50,782 bases of DNA, taken from contig NC_068987.1 of NCBI RefSeq assembly GCF_001194135.2, positions 104,116,819 to 104,167,600 of the forward strand. The letters run 5' to 3'. Origin of the DNA: Octopus bimaculoides. Taxonomy: Eukaryota. The notes beneath the pieces were generated by a model, which saw only the letters and a list, made by a program, of their open reading frames with translations, was not told the origin of the DNA and did no database searches. A program made the position numbers and the translations under genes. Positions 1 through 11,940 of this stretch are shown here, piece by piece. Each line of letters starts with the position of its first letter. Position 1 is the stretch's first letter.

Positions 1-489
1 ACGATTTATAAATACTTTAAAAAGCGAAAAATGAGTTAAAATAAAGAAATAAATGTGTCAGCTTTCTAACAAAAAATAAAGGTTATCAAAATATAATAAT
101 GGCGCAAAATGAGCAGCTGTCAAAGTTTACCATATACTTTACTACAAATTTCATACTTAACGACCTAATGTATTGCAGTCACATTTGTTCAATGTGAGGA
201 ATCCTTTATTGTCAGCAGGTACAACACTAAGACACTGATCACTACTTTCAAGAAGGAAGAACTTGCATACAACACACGTATGTATAGTACAATGTGCTGT
301 TTGTTTACAAGTATATTGAAACATATATGATGTGTCGCTTATGCACGAGACACTTGAAAGCTACACTCTCATAACATAATCCTGCTTTCTTCAAAAGCTG
401 TTAATGCCAACATGCATATTGTGAAATATACTGTATAATGAAAAATTACTCTATTAGAACAGCAATAATACGTTATTTATACGTTTCAA

Positions 490-2400
490 AACCATATTGA
501 TAAACTTTGGATTTATCGTCATCCTTGTGGTAGCCTTGTTCAACTGGATTCTACCATTCCTAAAGAGAACTGGATTAAGAGCATTAAAAAAATTCACGTA
601 AAAGTCTTTTGAATGTGTTAAATCTGATCACAGAACTGCTTCATGCAAGGACAATGTGAAAACCAGAGATTTCAAGGAATAAATCAGTTGGGGAAAAGTA
701 GCAGGTGATGTTAACTTATGCAAGGAGTTTACTGTTGCAGTAAGCAACAAATTCATCACTCTTTGTGACAGGCTTGGGGATAAGAAAAGCAGTGCTGTGT
801 AAACACCCTAAACACTGCCAACGGAAGTCTGCTTCCATGAAAGAGAAAATGAATACTAATCTTTACTTCCAGTGAAAAAGTAATAAGGGCTAGAAAGGAT
901 CTGAAAGAAAGCAGTTAAGGAATATAATCTAGGCCTACTAAAAGAAACTTCATTTCAGCTAAATTGAAGTATGATGAGATATTAGAAGAACATGTCAAGT
1001 TTAAAGCTGAAAGACTCAATAACTTCCACAATGTGGATTAGCAAGCTGCCGCTTGAAGAGCTCTAAGAGAACTTACCAACAAGAGAGCTCTCAATAACAG
1101 CCAGCATCTAGATGCATGCTTTCCGCTCTTCACATCGTTTCTATATAAAACAGTACCACGCTTGCACCGAACTCGACGATGATCCTTTCTTCAATCACTA
1201 GGTAGCAGGTAGCCTACCAATCCAGACTGGTCAATTTACTACTGAAGAGGTTAAAAATATAGGCATACAGTTCATTCTTCTACGTATGTATGTTGGAGTT
1301 CTGTAATGTGATCTATAAAGGGAACAACAACAGCTTTCTCAAAGTCTTCAATTATTTCATTTCATTAAAAAAAAAATGATTTTCATCTGTCCCAGATCTA
1401 CAGAGGAATTATACTCCCTCATCTAGCCTGAGCATCTATAATCCTATGCTCCACACCCCTTAACAGAATTTTCCTTCATATTGACTTCACTCAACAATAG
1501 AAGGAAAACAACTGTCACAAAGGCAGATCAATTCTATCGTAAATTATTACCCTTAAATAAATCATAAAAGAGCTTAGAATCTCCAAGCAAAAAGTTTCAA
1601 TTTACTTGTGAATTTCTCCTAAATATTTGATAGTATCAACAGAAAGGCTACGTTGTGTACCCTGTTGTGTCCCAAATGCGATTGCCAAAACCATCTCCTC
1701 TATGTATGAAAATCCATCAGGCTTTGTGCAAAGTACAGAAGGCCCGGCTAAAAAGTTACCAATAGTGGCAGGAATACGACAGGGAGATGCTCCTGTTTTT
1801 TTTCTCTTTTTGCCCGTGGTCGACTACACTCTAAGGTAAAGTCTTGACTCCAACCGAAACAGAAGCCTCACCATTAAACAGAAGTGATTAAATCTTTGGT
1901 GGAGCCTATATCTTGGCCTGGACTTCACAGCTCATCAGCTATGTAGTGCGCAAGACTTGAGAATGCTGCAACCAAAATTGATCTCTTTCTCAAAACAAAG
2001 TACATGGCCATCAATGAGTATGGAAGCCACTTGTCAATTTGCTCCAACGCTGAGAAACAACTCAAGGAATTGAATGACTTCAAGTATCTTCGGTCGTTGA
2101 TTGCAAAAAAGACTTCCTGATGCCCGGAAAAACCGGAGGCGTCTCTACAAACTTCACAACGCCAAGTGATTATTTCGCAGTCAGTAAGACTGGTTCTCTT
2201 CGGATCGTGTGAAATTAGAATTCTTTTCTACAGAGCCGAAGCATGGACTATGAACGAGCTTCACAAGTCGTCTTGATACGTACACAAGGCTCCTCATGAG
2301 GGTTCAATATATCTCATGATGTGACTACATGATCAAAGAAGAGATTTATCAACACATCCCACCCGTCTCTTCTATTGTTGCATGGTCGATTTTGCTGTCC
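490..2400 (+). mobile_element. Decayed RTE-clade LINE (endonuclease end + reverse transcriptase)
   Basis: Frameshifted motifs: LWIYRHPCG...QLD...SDHR (endonuclease), MYENPSGFVQSTEG...AGIRQGD...FLPVVDYTLR, KTKYM, NDFKYL, EAWTM...YTRLLM (RT and downstream). Confidence 0.8.
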
Positions 2401-3659
2401 ACTGTTGTTGTAATGAACACCAGGCCATATCGGATGTTATATTTTGTGAACTTCTACATCGTAATTGAGGAAGAAGACCACTCAGCTATATTGTTGTTAT
2501 TGACAGAGACACACAACATGAAATTGAGGATTTAACAAAACGAATGAGGGATAGATATTTCCAGTGAAGCATGGTGAAATGCATCATTGTTGTGGTTGCT
2601 TGAAGAAGCATTCCTGCCTGCCAAATTGAAGCATAACATTCTGGTTCCTGCCTGACCAGCTCCTGTCAAACCGTCCGACCCATGCCAGCATGGAAGGAGG
2701 GCGTTAAATGATGATGATGATGATGTACTTCTTTCATTATTTTGTTGCAATCTAGACCTTGTGCGATTATAACAGAAAAGATTGCTTTATTACAATCTTA
2801 ATCTCCTTTTAACAAATACAAAGCGAGCCTCCTTTCTTCATGGTCATTTAGTATGCTAGAAATAGCAGAAATCATATGGGTCTCAAAAGTAATTTTTGTT
2901 TTCAACGTAACTATATCTACATCTTCAAAACATCTACCACAAAGTTGAGATGCGTGAAATATCTGCCTCAAACATTTTTCACTTCAAATTCCGATATAGT
3001 CGTAATTCACATCAACTAAAAGATATTTCTAGAAAATTTCATTAAAAAATACCCATTTTTATGAAAGTTATGAAGAAACAAAGTTGAAGCATGTGAATTA
3101 TCCAAAAGTCCTGTCCCGCTAAGCCCTGCCAGAGCTCTGAAAAAGTTTTTCACAATCATTTCCAATATAATCGTATTCTACACCATCTGAAACGTATTTG
3201 TAGAATATTTCATAAAAAAATATCCATTTTTCAGAAAGTTATGTGGAAGCAAAGTTGGGGCGCATTTATAAAGTTGTCCTAAATTTACTGAAGTAGTGAG
3301 TACTATTAGATGAATAAAGAGTACAAAGAAGAATTAGATGTAATATATAAGAAAAATTACACAAACTGAATTAAATATCATTTAGCAACATGCAGAAAAC
3401 CTCATGGAAGGCAGTTTTTTTGTTAATCCATAAAATATTTGCATAAATAATGGCTTTTCTGCCATGTGAACATTTTTACTGTAGTTCCTGAAATAGAAAT
3501 AAGATATTTCCTTATAAAAGCAAGCTAGCATTTAATAATTATACTTATCTTTTGAAACCATGTCAACAAGTTTTACTTATCAGTGTCAATGGTGTGAATT
3601 GAATAACTTAGACACAAAATCTCATTGGAGGGAGGGGGTTGGAGGGAAGGGGAAAGTGT

Positions 3660-4140
3660 AGCTGATTAACATAGACTTCGGTTCTCGACTTATGTTTGAT
3701 TTAATACCCTTCTTCTCCACCGGAAAATCAAATTATTAGAGAGTGTGTCAATGAATTCTTAATTTACTCAGGTTCAGGCGGAGGACTTCAGTAGCTACAA
3801 AAATAGAAAAACAGAAAAAAGAAAAGAAAGACCCCCCGCCAACAAAAAACAAACTTATTTTAAGATAGATTAAAGTTTTATATGATGAGCGATGGCTAGA
3901 GAAATATTGAGCTTTGTTTTTAATAACCGGTTGATCTAGCAAGCGGGGCCTCATATCAGTGAGGCGGGGCCGGTGCGCATTGATGCCGTCGAGAGGTAGG
4001 CCCCGAAACGGCGCGCATTCTCTCCTGATGACCTCATACACTTGCTGGCTTCCGGTATGCGGAGTTCTCGACTGGTAAGCACTTGCATGTGCGAGTTGTT
4101 TGCAAGACATTCTGAGGCTTAGATATTTCTAACGTCCAGG
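3660..4140. promoter_or_regulatory. CpG-rich promoter-like patch with a candidate plus-strand first exon (ATG 4057 to donor GTAAGC 4075)
   Basis: Local CpG excess in AT-rich DNA; GC boxes GCGGGGC (3943) and GAGGCGGGGC (3961); TGCGCA/GCGCGCA; ETS-type CCGGAA (3720) and CTTCCGG (4049); ATGCGGAGTTCTCGACTG|GTAAGC. Confidence 0.55.
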
Positions 4141-4699
4141 CTCGAACTCTCATTGCTTTTCTTCTGAAAGTTTCTGTTTTTTAACTTGAAACATTTCTTC
4201 GTAACAAGAGGAAGTGGCATTCATGTATTTTTGCAGGGCCTCTGAAACTGGTGGGAAAAAGTTACATAAGAATAGATGTGCCACATTTCTTGTATTGTTC
4301 ATTTGTTTCAGTCAGTGGGCTGCGGCCATACTGGAGTATCATCTTGAAGTGTTTAGTTGAACAAATCAACCCCAAGACTCACTTTTTAGTTGGGAATTTC
4401 TAATGGCCTCTTATGTTGAACCATTAAGTTATAGGGCTGTTGTCCCAACACACTAGTTGTCAAGCAGTCGTTGGGGACAAATACAAAGACACGCATTCAC
4501 TCATAGATATACACACATAGATACACGCACGAGCACACACACACAGAGGGGAAGGTGGGTGTGAGGAATACATAGCTTTAGGGAGAAAAGGGGTATGTGG
4601 CTTTTCTGCTATCCATCGCAAAGAAACACTCACACACAGACCCACACATACATACATACATATATAATGTGTGTGTGTGTGTGTGTTTGTGTGTATAAA

Positions 4700-5037
4700 G
4701 GCGCATGGCTCAGTGGTTAGAGCGTCGAGCTTACGATCGTGAGGTTGTGAGTTCGAATTCCGGACCGAGCTGCGTGTTGTGTTCTTGAACAAGACACTTT
4801 ATTTCACGTTGCTCCAGTTCACTCAGCTGTAGAAATGAGTTGCGACGTCACTGGTGCCAAGCTGTATCGGCTTTTGCCTTTCCCTTGGATAACACTGGTG
4901 GCGTGGAGAGGGGAGGCCGGTATGCATGGGCGACTGCTGGTCTTCCATAAAATAACATTGCCCGGACTTGTGCCTGGGGGGAGGGGGTAACTTTCTAGGT
5001 GCAATCCCATGGTCAGTCATAACCGAAGGGGGTCTCA
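4700..5037 (+). mobile_element. tRNA-derived SINE with CORE-like segment (family B; also + 25062-25300, - 23700-23960)
   Basis: A box TGGCTCAGTGG, B box GTTCGAATTCC, then TTGAACAAGACACTTT...CTCAGCTGTAGAAATGAG; related copies in the window. Confidence 0.75.
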
Positions 5038-5040
5038 GCT

Positions 5041-5170
5041 TGTTTCTTTCTGTTGAAGAGCGTAAGCTCGAAACGTTAAAGACTTTCTCTAATCCCGAGT
5101 GTTATACTAATACATCCATTTGTTGTCTACACCACCTGTCTTCGTCTGTTGTTTCTTCGTGAACTCTCAC
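5041..5170 (+). mobile_element. Penelope-like element terminal (pLTR) fragment
   Basis: TGAAGAGC..GCTCGAAACGT signature plus downstream body shared with the minus-strand copy at 29606-29830. Confidence 0.6.
5045..5082 (+). ncRNA. Minimal type I hammerhead ribozyme, variant core
   Basis: UCUUU-CUGUUGA-A-GAGC(GUAA)GCUC-GAAA-CGUU-AAAGA: stem I 5 bp, stem II 4 bp with GNRA loop, palindromic ACGU stem III. Confidence 0.65.
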
Positions 5171-5347
5171 TATATATATGTGTGTGTGTGTGCATACGTA
5201 CACACGTCTACATCATTTTAAACTCGTAATTACCTGTGTACGTTTGTAAATTTGTGTTTGTGTATGTGTGACGTCCTATAACTGTCTGTCCCTCTACTTT
5301 TGTGGCTTATATCTAACTCCTACTAAAACTTGTATATTATTTTCTAC

Positions 5348-5545
5348 TCTAGGCACAAGGCTCGAAATTTTGTGGGAGGGGCCAGTCGATTAGATCGAGC
5401 ATAGGACGCAACTGGTACTTAATTTATCGACCATGAAAGGATGAAAGTTGACCTCGGCGGAATTTGAACTCAGAACGTAACGGCAGACGAAATATCGCTA
5501 AGCATTTCGTCCGGCGTGCTCACGTTTCTGCCAACTCGCCGACTT
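5348..5545 (-). mobile_element. SINE family D (also - 15625-15830, + 37711-37950, + 42570-42780)
   Basis: Shared GGCGAGCTGGCGGAATCGTTAGC...TTCTGAGTTCAAATTCC...CTTTCATCCTTT body across four copies. Confidence 0.7.
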
Positions 5546-5546
5546 C

Positions 5547-5704
5547 TAAAACTTATATATTGACATAGGATTGGAGATAGGAATGGGAGCGGAGCTAAAA
5601 CGGGAACTGAAAAGGGAACGGAATAGGACATGAAACAGTTTAATGAAAATGAGAACTGGAAATAACCCCTGCTTTCCCGGGTATTACCGGATAACTCAGC
5701 TAGT
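5547..5704 (-). mobile_element. Possible short Helentron-associated (HINE/DINE-like) element
   Basis: Minus strand begins ACTAGCTGAGTTATCCGGTAATACCCGGG, resembling recalled HINE 5' ends; flanked by T/A-rich DNA. Confidence 0.35.
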
Positions 5705-5709
5705 ATATA

Positions 5710-6074
5710 TATATATTCCAAGGTGCACGAATTCCGAACGTAGATCCAAAGACGAACGCACAGTATCACTGATGACACCTGGTAGCCATAAGTGGTGAAC
5801 GTGCTCAGCAGACACATTACCTGGGACCCACACATAACAGATGCACACACTTAAACATCCATACATTGAAGTCGCTGGCCACTATCCATACACACACACA
5901 CACTTATACATTCTCACATACACGTGCACCTTCGTTTTGGGATCACCAATACTTTATTATCTCCCCTCCTGTCAAACCTTTTCCCCCAACCAGTTGCCAT
6001 GCTTGACCGCTAAATCCACAAGATTTTTAATTCTCTCTGTTTATTTCCTCTTATTCCTTTCTGTTGAAGAGCGT
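5710..6074 (+). mobile_element. Penelope-like 3' fragment, truncated inside the hammerhead motif
   Basis: Ends TCCTTTCTGTTGAAGAGCGT, the same motif as 5045-5063. Confidence 0.5.
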
Positions 6075-6249
6075 GGGTTTTTTTCTTTTTTTCACACATG
6101 ATGTTGTATTTACTATTTGTATTCTTTTATTTTTAATATTAGTCTTTATATTCTTTATTTTTTCTATCTTTTATTTCCTATTTTTATTTTTTATTCATAC
6201 ATTTGTAAGAAAAAATCAGTTGCTAGGTAAGCAGCCTTTTAAACCACAG

Positions 6250-7590
6250 AATTTCAGCTTGAAAACGGCTATTAAGAAGCTCAAAACTCATTAGAGTAAA
6301 TGCTATCAACCAAAGACAGTGTTTCTTACTGATTAGAATGATGAAAAATCAGTTGTTGATATTTCAAATGGAAACGTAGTAGGTATAAATGAAAACTTAT
6401 CTGATAAGTATGAAACTACTGAGACGAATGCGGAAATTATTTCCGAGAAATCTAGTGTAAAACAAAAGGTTTCTCACATTCCCATTCTGTCTTCTTGTAT
6501 AAATAATAATTGTTTTTTGTCAAAAGAAATTATAGATAACCCTTGTTCTTAAGACTCTTTTTCTCAAGACTCCTTTGAAGATTATTTTTCCTTAAGCTCT
6601 CTGTCTGTAAACTCAATAGACTCCAGTACTAGTGATCTTGTAGAGCAATTTGGGAATATCCTAGAAATAAGCAACAGAAAGAAAATTGTGGAAAATGAAC
6701 CTTGGAAGCATGTAGATTTCAATGAAATTACACTTGATGATAATGGAAGGGATGAAGATGATGATGATTATAATGCCACAAAAGACAATGACTATTTTGA
6801 TAAATTTCCACCTTCATGACCTTTCTGGATCCCTGAAGATAATAAAAACAGTCTAACACCTTGCAAACGACCATTTGATGATGTCTGTAGATGTAACGAT
6901 AGTAACAGTTTCAAAAATAGTTATACTCTTAATAGTAGTATCAAAAGCACTCATAATATTTTATGCCATGATCCATCACAAATTACTTCAGAAAAAGGAA
7001 GGAAAACACCTCCCAAAAAGGAGAAAATCACTACAAACAAGTCTGAAAATTGTAATATACCATCGTATGTGACTGAAAATTTAGAAGAGTTGAAAGCTGT
7101 GTATGAATATCTGCATGTTAAATTTCCTTCTGATGACAGCACTATTTCTTCCCCTGTTCATCCTGAAGCATGTTCAGCATTAAATTCCCAGTCAAATGGT
7201 TGTCAAAGACTTCCTATTTCTGACTCTAGTTTTAAAGTGTCAGCTGAGAGCTGCAATAATAACTGCCATAGAGATGCCTTACATGCAATAGCTTCCAAAT
7301 TCCTGTCAGAATCAAATGCCTCACACACTTAATCCTAATTTATGTCCAAACACAAGTAATCTGACTCAGTAGTACAGCCTCACAAAAAGAAAAATTAACC
7401 AACAGCAAATCGATGGCTTGACTAAAGACGACTTTTGTAAAATTGGTGAGAGTGGCACTCATCTTCATGAAGCTGCAGAAAATAATAATGTATATTTATT
7501 GGAGGCTTTGCTTAAACAATTGGATAAGATGCAGTTCAAACAACATATTGTTAACTTCAGAAACAATTACCAAAAGACTGCACTTACTGG
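6250..7590 (+). pseudogene. Disabled IkappaB-like ankyrin-repeat protein exon (long S/D/N-rich region + first ankyrin repeat)
   Basis: About 445 codons of protein-like sequence with stops at 6292, 6334, 6550, 6817 and 7370 and a frame change near 7325. The end, GESGTHLHEAAENNNVYLLEALLKQL...IVNFRNNYQKTAL, resembles IkappaB-alpha DGDSFLHLAII...FLNFQNNLQQTPL. The 5' boundary is a candidate acceptor only. Confidence 0.65.
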
Positions 7591-7642
7591 AATCATTATT
7601 ATTAAAATAAAAATTATCCCACTAAAAGCCTTCTCTACTCCT

Positions 7643-7673
<31 letters not shown>

Positions 7674-8207
7674 NNNNNNNNNNNNNNNNNNATATACATA
7701 TATATAATAAATGCGAGAATTAATTTCTGTGTGTCAGTGTGTCACACTTAGACTCCCTCTCCCACTATTCAATGACACTCCTACTTTTCCTCATGATGGG
7801 ATGAGGGTAATAGTAGGAATAGAGACGGTGAGGGTGGTTGTGAAGACAGAGAGAGAGAGAGAGAGAAAGAAAAAGAGAGGGAGAGAAAGAGAGACAGAAA
7901 TTTAAGGGAGAGTTGATGTTTTATTAAAAGTAGTAGTGTTGATGGTATGGTGGCAGTGAGAGTAATAATAAAAGAGAGAGAAAGATTAGGTATGTGAGAG
8001 AAAGATTAAGTATGTGAGAGAAAGAGGTAGATGATGTATGACTTTATTTAACCTTGTCTCTTTGACAGAAATTCCTGTTGCCAACATACTGAACACTCAT
8101 TTTTGTTTTATTTTTTTTTGTTTCTTTAAAACACACACACACATATATATACAAATATTAAGATAAACTTATTTGGAAATGGATGCGTGGCGTTCAATCA
8201 AATAATA

Positions 8208-8243
<36 letters not shown>

Positions 8244-8429
8244 TGGATATAGACATACACATATGTACATACATACACATATATGTATATATATATACAT
8301 ACATATATGTACATACTTATATATGTATATATATATATATGCATATATGGGTACAAGATGTCATAAAACGTAAACAACATGAAATACGAAAACAAAGTTG
8401 GGTATGCAAACAATGAGAGAAACACGGTA

Positions 8430-9471
8430 AACAAAACAAGTAACATTAAGAAAATGCAAGGAATATCAATGCAGTATATGGGGATTGGACAATAAGAGGA
8501 AGCCAGTGTCAACGGTGGTTCCAGAAATTGTGAGCTGGAAACTACAGCCTAGGAAGATGAGCCTCGTCCTGGAAGATCTGGAGAGCTCAATGAGGACGTC
8601 CTGCAAATCCTGGTGGAACAAAATCCCATTGTAACTGTTGAGGAACTAGCAGGGAAGCTTAGATTTGGTCATTCAGCCATTCATTGACACCTGCATGCCA
8701 TTGGAAAAGTCAGCAAATTGGGCCAATGGGTTCCTCATAAATTTTCTGAGTCTAATTGCCTGCAGAGAGTGAATATGTGCTCTTCTTTGCAGTCAGGAAT
8801 AAACCTTTTTTGGACTGAATAGTGTCTGGTGACAAGAAATGGGTTCTTTATAGAAATGACAAGTGCTGAAGACAGTGGGTAGGAAAAGGAGAAACACCAG
8901 CACCCCAGGCTAGAGAAGGTTTTCACCCACATAAGGAGTTGTTATCTGTTTGGTGGGATAAGAAAAGTTTAGTCCACTTTGAACTTTTAAACCCAAACCA
9001 AACAATAACAAAGGAGATCTGCGAGTAACTTGAGCGGCTGAAGTCAGTGCTAGAAGAACAACCATCTTTGGTTTCAAGATGAAAGGTGTTCTTCCATCAG
9101 GATAATGCTTGGCCACATACAGCGAGGATGACATTCCAAAGGCTGGAGCAGTCTGAATGGGAAACGATGCTCCACCCACCATGTTCGCTGGACATTTCCC
9201 CATCTGATTATCATTTATTCCGCAGTCTTCAAAATCATTTGGACGGAAAAAAATATGAATTCTATACACAAGGTCAGAACAGTACTGGAGAAGTAGTTTT
9301 CGTCACAGACAAATTAACTTTGGAAGAGGGGCTTTGCAAGTCTACCAGATAGATAGAAGAGCATTGTAGAAAATGAAGGAGAGTATATTTTAGATTAAAA
9401 AAGAACTTTATTTTAATTTTGAAAAATAAAAGAAGTATAAAAATAACCACATTATTTACGGGATGACCCAA
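8430..9471 (+). mobile_element. Decayed mariner transposon, left end not found
   Basis: ARNINAVYG, RWFQK, GQWVPHK, WWD, HQDNAWPHT, HPPCSLDISPSDYHLFRSLQN; right TIR ...TTTACGGGATGACCCAA followed by TA. Confidence 0.9.
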
Positions 9472-9499
9472 TATATATATATATAATTATATATGTACT

Positions 9500-9850
9500 C
9501 AGCTAATTGGTATTCTAGCCTCTGGCCCACAAACTTGCTGTCTTTTTCTCTTCATCTTTTCTATTGCTACTATAATGGCCTTTGTTTCTGGTAACAGGGT
9601 AGTCTCATGCCCCCACCATTTATATATCCCTGATTTACATGTCTTTCCCTGTCTCATTGCACTAAATATTTCCAACTGTCTATGCTCTGCATTAATCAAT
9701 TATCCAGTCCTATCTTCCTATAACATTTGTCCTCCAGAATCTCTTCCTTGCAGGTGATTAAAAGGAATATTAAGGATCTCCATCTCACTTGTCTTAGAAG
9801 TCTTGCAAAGTTCATGGACCACAACCTCTTCCACCAGACTCAACAAGTAA
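9500..9850 (-). mobile_element. Fragment of R4/Dong-type LINE (post-RT region)
   Basis: GIYKWWG..TLLPETKAIIVAIE resembles the recalled W.WL..G.L..ETE..I.A.QDQ motif. Confidence 0.35.
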
Positions 9851-10136
9851 AGAAAAGATATGACAAAGATTCAAATCTGGATTTATTTACTTCTAATTAA
9901 AAAGGAATAAGCTTGACTATTCTCTTCTTAGTGAACCATACAAGTTAATAATTATCACATTCAGATTAATAAATGATTATCAATTTCAAGTCAGTTTAAA
10001 ACCTCCTACATTGCAATGAATTATTATTAGGTTATGAGCAATAACCTATCCCATAGAACTGTATTTAACCACTTCAGTACAATACAATGGACTAGTTTCA
10101 TCGATAAGAGATAAAAGAAGAAGAAAAAAAAAAAAG

Positions 10137-11011
10137 AAAAAAAAACTGGGAAATAAAATTATATTAGAAATACTTGAAACTTTGTTGTTGTTAATATATT
10201 ATGTTATTAATGTTGGAAAATGAGTACTCCCAGTTAAGTTTACAAAATAAAGACATCCACCTAAATTTGTTGATGAATAATACTGGTGCCACTTATAAGT
10301 ACTTAAATTTTCAAACAAATAAGCTCGACATGACTGCATAGTTAAGTAGATAATTTGATAATTACGTGGCTCCGGATTGACTCACATTGTATGACATTTT
10401 GAGCAAGTATCTTTTACATTAGTTTAGAGTTACAGGTACTTTGGGAATATCTGTGTGTATTGGTGTGTGTGTGTGTGTATCTATGTTTATGCAGACTGGC
10501 ATAAAAACTACTGTTATAGCCTTTTCTCTTTATTCTTTAAGTCTTTATTCCTCCTCGTAGGAGGAACCTTGTCTCTAAGATGTCCTCTGACTAAATGATT
10601 CACCAAGCAAAGTTTAATGAAATAAGTACTAGAATTGATATGATTGACTAAACCCATGGAAATGGTTCCCAAGAAAAGATGAACATACACAAATTTATAA
10701 TAGATTTATTTCAGTCACTGGACTGTGTTCATGCTTGGGAACCATTTCCATGGGTTTGTCAATCATATCAATCCAGAGCCACGTAATTATCAAATTATCT
10801 ACTTAACTATGCAGTCATGTCGAGCTTATTTGTTTGAAAATTTAAGTACTTATAAGTGGCACCAGTATTATTCATCAACAAATTTAGGTGGATGTCTTTA
10901 TTTTGTAAACTTAACTGGGAGTACTCATTTTCCAACATTAATAACATAATATATTAACAACAACAAAGTTTCAAGTATTTCTAATATAATTTTATTTCCC
11001 AGTTTTTTTTT
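10137..11011. repeat. Nested inverted duplication: 244-bp arms (10137-10380 / 10768-11011) enclosing 40-bp arms (10634-10673 / 10734-10772)
   Basis: Direct reverse-complement comparison; one mismatch seen in the long arms (CCGG/CCAG) and one indel in the short arms. Confidence 0.95.
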
Positions 11012-11199
11012 TAAATAAAGCCCAGATAGCCCCTACTCCTTGTGATGACCTCAACAAAACTTCATTTTGCAAGGAATGACACCAAATCCATCAAGTAGTT
11101 TCCAGGACCATTTGTCAGGTGAGGATGGCTAAGTCCTCTTATTGAAGAGCACAAGAAGATAGAAGCTTCCAAAATATGGTTAGGTAGTATGAAACAAAC

Positions 11200-11940
11200 A
11201 TCAGATGGATAGTTCCCTACTGCTCATTCTTGACCAAAATATGTAATGCACACATTAATTCTCAGTTTTGTAATTCAATTAAGTTAAAGAAATATACCAT
11301 CTGATTTCATAGTGTTTTCTTTGAAGAAGCAAAATAGCCACAATGAATTTATCCAATTTCAGCAAGGACAATGCATCAATAACATTGAAACATTCTGGTA
11401 CTTTCCCATTTTCCCCATTCACGAAGATATCCCAGCATTCAACAACATGCTGTCCAAATAGACAACAAGTTGTTGAATGCTGGGATATTTTCATAAATAA
11501 GTTTCCTTTACTTAAGCACAAAGCTCAAAGGACACAATGCTTACAGTGTTTCCTAAGCTCTGCCAGTGTAATTCCTTTGCAGAAACATTGTTGTACTATC
11601 AGGTTCCATTTTACTATACGTGGGACACCAAGCAAATAGAGACAAAGGAAGCAAGATGACTCTATTGAAAGCTGATCTAACATAAGCTTGACAATGTCAT
11701 TGTACACAGCCAACATAGATGCTTCTTTCTACAACTCCCTTCCAAAAAGTGTGAGCTCCCAAGTTCATTTCATGATCTTTGGATAGTCAATGCCAAGGTC
11801 TGCACTATCAAAAGAGAGAAATGGATTGGTGGAGAATGATGGCCAGTGAGATGTAACATTGTCAGTAGCTTCTGTATTTCAAACAGCTAAGACTCTTAGT
11901 GTTCTTTTCCCCATGCTGTTAAAATGATGTGAATAACCTT
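11200..11940 (-). mobile_element. Highly decayed pogo/Tigger-like (DDE_1) transposase C-terminus
   Basis: One frame with few stops: DNVTSH, DSADLGI, ASMLAVYNDI, QQCFCKGI, VIDALSLLKLDKFI; weak motif similarity. Confidence 0.35.
11423..11492. repeat. 70-nt hairpin (32-bp stem, 6-nt loop)
   Basis: 29 Watson-Crick pairs, 1 G-U and 2 mismatches by direct pairing. Confidence 0.9.

Noticed and set aside
4700-4775. tRNA-like sequences (also 21722, 25062, 28617)
   Set aside because: SINE heads with A/B boxes followed by SINE bodies; no complete cloverleaf supported.
6292-7372. Idea that A-to-I editing recodes the pseudogene stops to Trp
   Set aside because: It would need five sites (one double-edited) and cannot fix the frameshift; the local duplication shows a CAA ancestor.
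8183-8512. IY/HT/SL-rich ORFs (also 4460-4792, 25654-25937, 48998-49443)
   Set aside because: Translations of (TA)n, (CA)n and (GA)n microsatellites.
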